This document shows, in pieces, positions 39,960 to 51,392 of a stretch of 64,000 nucleotides of DNA. The notes under the pieces are model-generated. The model ran no database searches. It was not told the DNA's origin and worked only from the letters and a program-made list of their open reading frames with translations. Every line of letters starts with the position of its first letter. Positions within the stretch are counted from its first letter, which is position 1. A program made the translations under genes and the position numbers. The stretch is from Ptychomitrium polyphyllum (Eukaryota): the NCBI GenBank assembly GCA_973851085.1, contig OZ316776.1, forward strand, positions 12,958,001 to 13,022,000, given 5' to 3'.

Positions 39960-41475
39960 GTAACAAACAAAAAAAATAATATTATAATTTAAGAGACTTA
40001 TTTTTATTTTTCCTATTTTTAAATTTAATATAATATCATTGAATAATGAATGAAGTTGAAAAAATTGTTTTAAAATGAAGTTAGAATGTACATTCACATC
40101 CAAGTTGTTAAAGTAGAAAAAATTAATTGAAAAGCTAATTTCAAGTAGAGATGGCTATAATAAAGTGTTTTAGTTGGAAATAAAGTAGTGCTATGAACAC
40201 AAGCCATTTCTTCACACATGAACTATTGAATGAAAGTACACTCATAATAGAAGATGCATGACTACAGTTTTTCAAAATAAAATGTGGATCTTTCATCAAT
40301 AAACTAACATTGATTGGAATTAGCTCATCAAGAAAATCATTAAACTTTGTGTGGAAAATAACATGCATAATGACTAAAGAAATGATTACTATATGCAACT
40401 AATCCAAAGTGCTGTCCAAGCTTCTATTCAAAAATGCTATGAGGTAGGGACATTCAACCAGTAACGAAGATTCTAGCCACTAGATCAAAGCCCGTCCGAC
40501 AAAAGACGCACACCCACAGCCGTCACCGTACCCAAAACCATATCCTCTACAAAATTCGCACATTCTACTTCCATAAATCTATAAAGAGCGTACATATACA
40601 TATATTCGGTTTCAGATACAGTGGAGTGCAGTTTGTCATGGCACTCATATCGGACGCTGTCCGACATGATCAACGCGAGAGGAAGACTCCAGGGCTAGAA
40701 ATGTACGATCTTAGTAGAAGGTGGTGGTTTCATGTGCAATCACGCTTTTGGGCAGAGAACCTCCTATCTGTGCAGTAGGCTCTGCCTCTCTGCAGTGTGC
40801 CATTTCGTTTCTTCGCCATAGCCATCCAGTTCAGTCGGTTAGCTTCCCAATCGCCTACACCTTAGAGCGTCTCAATCTTTCCTATTCTTTACTCTCTCTT
40901 ATCCATTTGAGATCATGTGCACGTTAGATCAGTTAATTTTTTAAAATCTTATTTGAGGCTCATTCCATCACTTGGCGAGTTAGGGTTTGAAGTTGAATAC
41001 ATCAGTTTCAGTGGGAGTCTCAGTTGAGTTTTGTAGCCAGTGATTCGTTTGTGGATGTTTGCTATGCTTGCGAATTTCTTTTCAAATCCCTTTTCATCAC
41101 GTGCGCATGATTCCTTGTTCAAATCTTTCTGTAAGGATTCTATTTCATTGATTGGTGAACTAGGGTTTGAGATTGAATCGGTTTTTCATGTTTCGATTGC
41201 GTTTCGTAGCTAATGGTTCGTTTCTAGATGTTGAGGAGGTGCAGGACGTAGTTTGTGTGTGTTTGCGGTGATTTTCTTTCTTAGGAGAAGTGATTGAGTG
41301 CGGGAGATGACGGAGTTTGGTTGTTGGTGGCGGGTTGGAACAGGTGTGCGTCGAAGTGGGGCGTTCGGGGGATGTGACCGGCGTTTTGTGGTGATGTTAA
41401 TGGGTTTGTCGAAGAGTTAGAGGATTGGGGAGTGGGGTTATTCAGTTTGGAATTGCATTTCGAGGAGCAGGAGCC

Positions 41476-42390
41476 ATGGCGGACTCGCCATATGTTGCAC
41501 CATCGTTTCCTCCGGGGCCTGATGTGAAGCCTCCTCGGGATCCGCCTGCGTGTTTGAGAATGATCAGCCCTCCAGCGTCGAATGGATTTGGAGAATTGCT
41601 GTACAACGTGGTTCTGGCCCTTCCTGCGTTGCTGTTTCTTCTTTTTCTTCTCACGCGCCTACGGTCGAGCGTGAGGAAGCTTACGAATAGCCGGTCACAT
41701 ATTATGGCGACGTATTACTCTTTCCTTTGGGTCATCTGCGTGCTCAACCTCTGCTGGTGTCTCCTTGAAATGCAACAAGCACGGAATCATGACAAAGAAA
41801 CGGCATGGAATATCATGTCTCTCGTTACAAGGTTCGGCTTGGTCCTTCTCGAAGTGAGCGTGGTCGTGTTTCTTTCACAGGGCTACCTCATCAGTGGATG
41901 GGATGCGCTTCTTCGCACTCTGTTATTTTCAGGGATTTTCGCAACTGCTGATGCGTTAGTGAAATCTGTTTACATATTTGGCTTCGGAATCCCGCTTTTC
42001 ACCACTCAGGATGATGCTGGAGACTGGAACAAATGGGGCTTCTGGTTGTTGCAGAACCTTTTCTTTGCTACAGTGTATGTTGTGATATTGACTCTTCCGT
42101 ACACAAGATGGAGAGATCGGCTACCAGCTCGACCGTCATTCTATCGTTACGTTATGATCTTGTTCGTCTTGAACGGACTTGGAGGCTTCGGAAGTTTGCT
42201 CTTGGGCTTTGGCGCCAGTTTTGGATACTGCGTCTATGGGTTCGCTGGCTTCGCATACTATGCGTTGTACCCACCTCTCTTGTACACTACTTTCCTTGCG
42301 GACTTTTTAGGAGAACAGGAGATGCAAATGGAAGATGCTTACTACTCAGAGATGAAGGATGCAGGATACTTTGATGGGGATTGGGAATGA
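41476..42390 (+). CDS. CAND2: CAND2/PMTR1-like seven-transmembrane protein (TPRA1/GPR175 family), intronless, 304 aa
   Basis: ATG in GCCATGG context at 41476, about seven hydrophobic segments, motifs SHIMATYYSFLW, LLEVSVVVFL, RWRDRLPARPSFYRY and YYALYPPLLYTTFLADF, and C-terminus YYSEMKDAGYFDGDWE. Confidence 0.9.
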   Translation: MADSPYVAPSFPPGPDVKPPRDPPACLRMISPPASNGFGELLYNVVLALPALLFLLFLLTRLRSSVRKLTNSRSHIMATYYSFLWVICVLNLCWCLLEMQQARNHDKETAWNIMSLVTRFGLVLLEVSVVVFLSQGYLISGWDALLRTLLFSGIFATADALVKSVYIFGFGIPLFTTQDDAGDWNKWGFWLLQNLFFATVYVVILTLPYTRWRDRLPARPSFYRYVMILFVLNGLGGFGSLLLGFGASFGYCVYGFAGFAYYALYPPLLYTTFLADFLGEQEMQMEDAYYSEMKDAGYFDGDWE

Positions 42391-44186
42391 AGTGTTTCTT
42401 CTCTAGAGCAAGGCTTTTGTGACTCTTGTTTATATTTTGTTTAGTTTCTGTTCAATTTGAGAGATAGGACTGTGGCTGCCTGTTGTGCTGGTTGCAAGAA
42501 GAAGAGACTCTTGATCGGGTTAAGCATGATTGAAACGCCAAAAAGTGGATCAATGGGTTTAAGTCGTCAGCTGCCTCAGAAGCTTCTTTAATACAACGAG
42601 CACGTAGGTATGTCTTCTATGTTGAATACTCTCAGTTCTCTACATTTGAATTGTGATCTTCAGTGCATGCGTTTACAGCGTGGTCAAGTTTTTAGGTGTT
42701 GTTTTAAAATCATGCGAGGATCCTATGTTTGATGTAGGATAGATTACCAACTGCTCATGGCTATAGGTTTTACTCTTATGATGGCCTATTCTTGGCACTT
42801 TTGAATGACATTGTCTACTTTGTATATTTGAAACGAGAGGTCTTTGAAATGAACGCGTTTTTAAATTTTTATGAATACTGCATCAAGATGTGTTCGGCTA
42901 CGTTTGGATATTCCTTGACCATTTTAATTCTTCTGTACGATTCTATCCTTGAAGAGTGTGCAATTATTCTAGAACAAATTTTCATGTGACATGACGATTT
43001 TATGCTGGAACTAGAATTGCATTCCTGACAAGTTGGTGTGGTCTTTGCAGCTGGTGGAAGACTAAGAACCTTGACGGTTTACTTTCAACTAAAGTTTACA
43101 TCATTGACAAAGCAAATTGGATTTTCTAGTTCAGATGAGGAACAATATCGATATCATAATTATCGAATGAATTTTGGAGAATTTGATGAATTGTAAATAT
43201 TAAAGTTGAGCCGATCAGGTCTTTTTGCATACCTTTCAGTTGGGACGGGTTGATGTTTTCTTTCGGATTTTAGCCATGTTTGATAAATGACATTGCTTCA
43301 CCTTAAGCTGTACAAAACTTACGTATAGCAGCAAGAAAACATTTGGATCTATACATGAGGTATTGGTCATTAATATCCGAATTTCAGTTATGTCTAGAGG
43401 TTGTATACTCGTATACTGGTTACTGCCATTACAGTGAGTTACAGGAAATCGAAAACTCTCACAATAACTTGCAATTAGATTGAAGTGTGAGTCGCAGTAT
43501 ATGGAGGGTTCTCACAGTACTTATTTTACTGTACGTGTAGTGACCACTAAATATTTTATCAGAGGTTTTTTGAAAAAACGACAAACCAATATCCAATAAG
43601 TATCCTTGGTTTAATGAAATTGTATTATTAAACAAAATTTTGTCATTATGTTTTTGTATTGTCTTTTATTGTCAATCCAACATATTAGGAATGTTAATTT
43701 ATAATATGTGATCGATGAGTTTAACATAAATTATGTGAATGTTCTAATAACAAACTCTTGAATAAGAATGTTGTATTAATGAAATGTTTTTTGTATCTTT
43801 TCATAAGTACCAAGACTATTGTTACATTCTCATCCATCTTCAAAGAGTTGATATTTCAAAATTTTGATTTTTTCTTTGATTTTATTTTTTGGTTTATAAA
43901 TATGTGAATTGAAAATAAAGAAGATTTTTTGAATGAATGTAAATGTAATAAAAGTCAATTAATTATTTGTAAGACAACTATTCTTTTGACCATTTGAATT
44001 TATATATGTAGAAGTTAGTTGTATAAAAAATTCATAGAAATTTATACTTTGCTTGATGTACTTAAGATGAACTTTCATTAAAATTGGTCTTTATGTATAA
44101 AAATTCAAATGGTCAAAAGATATTAACTAATTAAATAGCATTAAAGCAAAAAAATATGATGTATATGTATTTAAGTAAGCCTCTAT

Positions 44187-47100
44187 TGTCGTGCACCTCT
44201 CCTTGAGGAGTGCCTGCAACACTAAGGGCACAACGGGACCCCGGAGTGACGTCTAGGACTTGTGGCGCCAATAGTGAGCGAAACTAAGTGGTCCTAGCGT
44301 GGGAAGGACCCCTAATGGGGAGAAACATCCTTGCCCATGTAGACCAAGGGCCACAAGGGATAAATGGCTGGCATTGGAAGAATCACGAAGAGCTAATTCT
44401 ACAATGCTAAAAATTGTCCAAATCGGACAAGGGAGCTAAAAGTTATGGCACCCCAAAGTTGGGGTTGCCATGGGGCTGTCCTGGAGTGTGGCAGCACCAC
44501 ACAGTGACTGTACTGGAGTGGGACACTGCAGGGAGGGACTCCCCAGGAGTCCCGAACCTTGGGAGAGGCGTATCTTCCACAATACTAACTCAAATCGGAC
44601 GTTTGAGGAGTCTATCGGCATCTACGCGAAGAGTAGATGACGATAAAGTGGTCGCTCAATACATTCGGGCACCAAATGAGGAAGATATTGCGCCCTGAAG
44701 GTCCGCTAAGAGTCTCGGAGGCTTCCAGCGGCTAAGTCCCAAGGGGGATCGGGTGGTCTTCCAAAACTTAGGGACCACAAGCTTTATGCCAACGGAGAAA
44801 AGAGTGAGTTTGCTCAACTTGAGATTGAGTTCTTGGGCCATATAGTGACGGATGATGGAATCAAGCAGGACATAAGGAAGATAAAGGCAATTAGAAAGTG
44901 GAAACAACCTTCTACACAAAAGGGGCTCAGATCATTTCTAGGCCTAGCAAATTATTATAGGAGGTTCATACGCAACTTCTCTAAAATTGTTAGACCTTTG
45001 TCCGACTTGTTGAAGAAGAGAGCTAGCCAAGTATGGGATGGATTTTGTTACCAAGCTTTTCAAGAACTCAAGGATAAGTTGTCACAACCGCCGGTATTGA
45101 AGTTTCCCGAGTTTGAAAAGCGCTTTGAGGTCCACACGGATGCAAGTGACTTTGCCATTGGCGGAGTGCTCATGCAAGAAGGCATGCCAATTGCCTATGA
45201 GAGCAAGAAGTTGGATGGGTGCCAAAAAAGGTGGCCCACGCACGAGAAAGAACTCTTTGCTGTAGTGCATTGTTTGAAAATATGGCGGCACTACTTAGGC
45301 CTACATAAAACCAAAGTCTACATGAGCAACGTGTCCTTGAAGTACTTTGAGTCGCAAGCACAAATGAGTGCAAAACAATTGGGGTGGCACGACACCTTGG
45401 CATTCATGAATGTGGATTTGATCCATAAGTCGGGGCGTGACAATGTAGTGCCGGATGCTCTAAGTAGGCGGGAGGAATTGCAAGCAATGGGCACAACCCA
45501 AGTCCTGCAAGTAATGTACAAGGGAGAAGGCAATTTGGAAAAGAAGATAAGAGAGGGGTATATGAAGGACTCCGAAGCACAAAGGCTTCTCGGCGAGCTT
45601 AAGAAGGGTAAGAAACTTAAGGAAATTAAGTTGGAGAAGGGATTGCTCAAGTACAAACAAAGTCGGATGTATATGCCTTAAGGAAAATTACGGTTGTTGG
45701 TTTTGAAAGAAGAACACGATAGTCCCATAGCCGGCCATAGAGGAGAAAAAACGACAATAGCGGCGGTGTCAAGAAGGTACTATTGGCCGGGCATGAAAGC
45801 GGACATCACCGACTTTGTGAGAACTTGTGTGAAGTGCCAGTTGAATAGAGCTTCTTATCAAAAGCAAGCCGGTCTACTACAACCTTTGCCAATTCCAACG
45901 GGTCCATGACATAGCGTGTCCATGGACTTCATCACAAGTCTTCCGGATTCGCACGGGCATGATGCCATCTTTGTGATGGTGGATCGCTTTAGCAAGTTGG
46001 CGCACATGGTGCCCACTAGAGGAACCGTAACTGCACATGAGACCGCAAAGCTATTCCTCGATGCATGGTGGAAACATCACGGGTTGCCGAGAGTGCTTGT
46101 GTCGGACTGAAATCCAAAATTCACTAGTGCTTTTTGGAAACATTTCTTTAGGAAAGTTGGAACCAAATTGACGTTTAGCACTGCCTTCCATCCTCAAACG
46201 GATGGGCAAACAGAATGAGTGAATGGAGTCTTGAACCAATACTTGAGGAACTTTGTGAATGCGGACCAGTGCGATTGGGTGGATTATGTGAGCCTTGCGG
46301 AGTTCAGTTACAATGCGGCCAACCATTCGGCGACAAAGCAGTCGCCATTTAAGGTGGCCTATGGAGTGGAGCCATTCCAGCCTGCTGACTTAGCTCTCAA
46401 AGGGGCACATTCAACAATAGAGTTTAACCAAGATGGTGAGGACTTGGCCAAAAAGCGAGAACAGATGATGGAAAAGACTAAGCTTTTGTTGGAAAAGGCA
46501 CAAAAGCGGTACGAGAAACACGTTAATGCCGGAAGATGTGAAGTGAAGTATGAAGTAGGCCAAAAAGTATTGTTGAATGTGAAGAACTTTAGCTTGCCCG
46601 AAGGCCTCACTCCAAAGTTTATATCCAAGTTTGTGGGGCCGTTTTCTATTGTGGAGCGGATGTTTAAAGATGTGTACAAGTTGGAGCTACCACCCGAAAT
46701 TAAAGTGCACTCAACATTTCATGTCTCACTCCTTAAGCCATTTAAAAAAGATACCTTGTGGCCCAATCGCAAACAAGTGATTCGGCCACCGCCGGAATTG
46801 GTGGGCGACCACTTGGAATACGAAGTGGAAGGAATTTTCAAGTGTAGGCACCACAAGAAAGTAGGAAAAGAGTATTTGGTGAAGTGGAGAGGGTACCATG
46901 AGAAGAAAGCAACTTGGGTAGCAGCCAAGGACTTGGGAAATGCCAATGAAGTGGTGGAATGCTTTGAAAGGGATAGGAACTCCAACATACGACAATGTTG
47001 GCATTGATGAGGACATCAATCTCTTTTAGTAGGGGGAGAGTGGCTTGTAGCAGTGACTTCTTCACATCATGTATTGGTTCTTTGACTTATGGCAATAAAT

Positions 47101-48942
47101 TTCAACTTTTGTGTGTGCAAAGAGAAGAGTATAAGATGACGTCTTAGTCTTGTGCTTGTGCTAAGTTTGTAGAAGAGGCGGAATAAACATGTGAAACCAA
47201 GTTAGGAAGGCCGAGTAATGGAGACCAAGGCTTGGAGGAGGAATGGTTAAAACCATGAAACCTCCTCACCTTGGGCTTGTTCGGGCGAGGACAAGGTAAT
47301 GGCGCGTGCTCATAAAAGCGGCACTCCTACAAACTAACAAAAGTTAGTGCATGGGAGTCATGAACCCATGTCTCAATAGAAATAGTGGGATCCAGGTTGG
47401 GCGGAACTTGGCATTATCCTTGTGCGATTGGGTTGTGGAATAAAAGCCACCTTGGGTTTGCAACCAAAACAACTTGGTGGAGCATTGAGGTTCAGCCTAG
47501 TCAAAAAGGAAGAGTTAGGGAAGTGTAGCCTAACTAGGGAGTGTATTCCAAGAGGGTCTCAAAGTAGGTAGGCCTAGAGTAGTTTGGGGCCTCAAAGATT
47601 TTTGTCTAGGGTGCCTAAACAGGCCACCTCCTAAACGACACCTTTGAGACTTTGCCAAAGACTTATGAATGCATTGTGGAGGTCGCACCCTGGATGAAAC
47701 ACAATGCTGCACTACTACAGCATGGCAACCTTGGAATTGGTGTGCCGACTACAAGTGTAGTCGATGAGGGCATCGACTCCATTTGGGTGGAGGTGAGTGT
47801 CGCGCACCTCTCCCTGAGGAGTGCCCGCAACACTAAAGGCACAAGGGGGACCTCGGAGTGACGTCCGGGACTTGTAGCGCCAATAGTGAGCGAAACTAAG
47901 TGGTCCTAGCGTAGGAAGGACCCCTAATGGGGAGAAACATCCTTGCCCATGTAGACCAAGGGCCACAAGTGATAAATGGCTAGCATTGGAAGAATCACGA
48001 AGAGCTAATTCTACAATGCTAAAAATTGTCCAAATCGGACAAGGGAGCTAAAAGTTATGGCACCCCAAAGTTGGGGTTGCCATGGGGCTGTCCTGGAGTG
48101 TGGCAGCACCACACAGTGACTGTACTGGAGTGGGACACTGCAGGGAGGGACTCCCCGGGAGTCCCGAACCTTGGGAGAGGCGTATCTTCCACAATACTAA
48201 CTCAAATCGGACGTTTGAGGAGTCTATCGGCATCTACGCGAAGAGTAGATGACGATAAAGTGGTCGCTCAATACATTCGGGCACCAAATGAGGAAGATAT
48301 TGCGCCCTGAAGGTCCGCTGAGAGTCTCGGAGGCTTCCAGCGGCTAAGTCCCAAGGGGGATCGGGTGGTCTTTCAAAACTCTAGGTGTGTCCGGGTTCAG
48401 CCAGCTACAGAGGGCCAGGGGGCCTGCCAAATCCCACAGAAAGTACTATAAAGGAAGGCTGGTCCTCCTCCCCACTCCCCTAATGTCCCGGTAGAGACCA
48501 AGGGTGAGTTCCGGTTGGTGGAGCTAGTGTTGGTGCTTTACTACGGGGACTCCTACACCATTGTGAGCTGGTGGACGGCCGGTTTCACGAAGGAAACTAG
48601 CACGTTCAAAAGGGTACGCTTGTTACCACTAAGTTGGGGTGGTGTCTTCACGCGGGCATCATGATGGCCCGGGGTGATCTTAGGATCACATAGGCATCAT
48701 GAGTGGTGGTGAGGAGACACCACTAAATGCGGTTAGGCCGTGTGGATTGGGAGTATCACCAAGGAGGCCTTGGACATGAATGGAAGTCCGCACTTAACCA
48801 TTAGCTACTAATAAATTGGGTGGCCTAAGAGAAATAGTAGAAAGACTTGGGAAGTGAAATTGGGAGTTAACCATGTGCATGTGGGGGTGTACAAGGTTGA
48901 CGTGCGTAATGCTTGCTAAGGTGCATTACAAGGGTTGCGACA
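44187..48942 (+). mobile_element. Ty3/gypsy chromovirus LTR retrotransposon A (Galadriel-like), internally deleted and non-autonomous
   Basis: TG...CA ends with a 5-bp TSD TCTAT (44182-44186 and 48943-48947). The 5' LTR is truncated (44187 to about 44770), the 3' LTR is complete (47798-48942), and a PPT GGGTGGAGGTGAG precedes it. The clade assignment is tentative. Confidence 0.93.
44760..47007 (+). pseudogene. pol remnant of element A: RT C-terminus, RNase H, integrase, chromodomain
   Basis: FLGLANYYRRFI, VHTDASDFAIGGVL, HEKELFAVVHCL, HHCC region (HDSPIAGH..CVKCQ), [25 protein letters not shown] motif and EYEVE..EYLVKWRGY, interrupted by several in-frame stops. Confidence 0.92.
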
Positions 48943-50454
48943 TCTATATTATGGCATATTGAATATTTAATCATTGTTTGTCATTCAAAAAGGCATTGAA
49001 TCTCTTGCCTTTACATTAATGTTAGGTTTCAGAAACAACTATTAAAATCGCAATCTTTGTAATGCACCTTAACAAATGTCACGCGCGTCAATCCTATACA
49101 CCCCCACATGCACATAGTTAACCCTTTTTTTCACTCTCCAAGTTCCCCTACCATTTCTCTTAGGATATCCAAATAGTTGGTAGCTAATAGTTAGGTGCGA
49201 ACTTCCTTTCATGTCCAAGGCCTCACTTGGTGTTACTCCCATTCCTCACGGCCTAACCGCACTTAGTGGTGTCTGCTCACCATTACTCATGATTCCTAAG
49301 TAATCCTAAGATCATCCCGGGCCATCATGGTGCTGACGTAAAGACACCACTCCAACTTAGTGGTAACAAGCGGATTCTTGTTATCTTATTATTTCTCTTT
49401 GTAAGATCGGTCATCCACCGGCTCACAATGCTGTGAGAATCCCAGTGGTGAAGCTCCAACACTAGCTCTACCAATTGGAACTCACCCTTGGTTTCTACTG
49501 GGACACTAGGGGAGTGGGGAGGGGGACTAGCCCTCCCCGACTTTCTGTGGAATTTGGCAGGCCCTTTGGCCCTTTGTAGCTGGCTGAACCCCGACACATC
49601 TTAACTTTTGGAAGACCACCCGATCTCCTTTAGAACTTAGACACTGGTGTCACGGACATAAATCATGCAACATAGTCTTTAGAACATTCTAGAACCTTCT
49701 AGTATACTATAGTAGCTTTTTAGAATACTTTTAGATGTCTCCATAGCCTTTTTATGTTTTTAGGAAGCTTCCTAGGAAATATTCTCCACTTTAGGAAATT
49801 TCCTAGGAAGGTTCTATCATCTTAATTTACTTCCTAGGAAGCTTCTTAGGAAGTTTCCAACATCTCAGGAAACATCTTAGGAAGGTTTCTTAAACTTCCA
49901 TAACATTTTTAAATCTTGTAGGAAGCTTTTTTAGAAATATCCTAGGAGATACAAACGTCATAGTATAAATAGGAGGCAAAACAAGGTATTTTTTAGTCTT
50001 GCCAACACAAGTTGTAGATCATCTTGAATCCTGCCTTATTCTAGTCTTTGTATCAAGTTCTTGTTAATCATTAGCTCTTTGGAAGCTAATTTTTAGGGAA
50101 ATACTTCATTTTTGCTTCTTGTTTCTTGTGTCCCTAATAGTTTGGCAAGACTACACTTCATCTTTGTCACAGCTAAGGTTCTTTGAAGAAGATTGTGGAT
50201 TACCCATCTTCTTTAGGATTGCATAGCGTTTTAGAGGTTGCGGATTACCCTCCTCTAAGCTGGCACCATAGAATTGGTTTCCTTTTTCTAGAACCAAGTA
50301 TTACTTCTTTCAATGGACCTGGATTTTCCTCCTTTGAAAGTATTGATAGTCTTCTTGTCTTTGAGAGTTTTGAGAAATGGATAACGTGCCTGGAACATCA
50401 GAGAATAGGTTTGCAACTATTGCAGACCTTCAAGAATTATTAAACACAGTTCGA

Positions 50455-51392
50455 ATGGAACTCGCCCGTTTTAATACCACCAACAATTTAGAACAACACA
50501 CTTGACAAGCTGAAGAAACCAATGGTGATATTCAAAGCCTTTATCAAGAGGTTGTTTGATTGCAAGAAGCCAATATTGGAAGAGAAGGCTTACGTCGAAC
50601 CCACGCAGAGCCAAAGATTTGCATGCCAGACAAGTTCAATGGATCAAGATCAAAATTGAGAGGCTTTGTTCAACAAGTAAGACTCTTCCTTAGTTTGCAT
50701 CAATCTTGCTATCCTGATGGCATAATACAAGTGGAATTTGTGGCCACTCTTTTATCAAACAATGCATTATCGTGGTCTGCACCACTAATGAAGAAACAGT
50801 CACCATTATTGAACAACTTAGATGCTTTTATAGAAGCATTGACATCTACTTTTGGAGACACCGACCAAAAGAAGGTGGCTGAGACAAGGATCCAGAGTCT
50901 CCAACAAGGACAGCGCTCAGCTGCTACATATGCTGCAAAATTTTGGCATTAGCTTGCGGCCTTGATTGGAATGTTTAGGCCTTGGTCACACGGTCTTGAT
51001 GGGGCTTAAGAAAGAATGTAAAGGACTTGCTACTCACAATGCCAAGAATTGAAACATTGGACGAATTCATCACTCAAGCAATAGTATGTGACAACAGACT
51101 ATTTGAGAGGCACCAAAAACAACGCTTGGGATGGCGACCAGTACATCAAAGCATGGCTACCACTTCTTCAGGAATATTGGAAAGTCGACCACAAGGACCA
51201 GAACCTATGCAAATTGATGCTGCCCAGTTCAAACGTTTGACTCCAGAAGAAAAAGAAAGGCATCGAAGAGAAAACCTATGTTTGTATTGTGGCAAGTCTG
51301 GACATAAAGTGCGCAATTGCCAAATCAAAGGGTCTACCTTTAAGGCTCAAAGCAAAATGGTGGAGTTGGAAAACGAGGCTGTCCAGTCATAG
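50455..51392 (+). pseudogene. gag of element C
   Basis: EPKICMPDKFNGSRSKLRGF, capsid-like region, PEPMQID and zinc knuckle CLYCGKSGHKVRNC, broken by stops and a frameshift. Confidence 0.9.

Noticed and set aside
44414..44698. 94-aa ORF duplicated at 48026-48310
   Set aside because: It starts at TTG and lies inside the LTR, so the duplication only reflects LTR identity.
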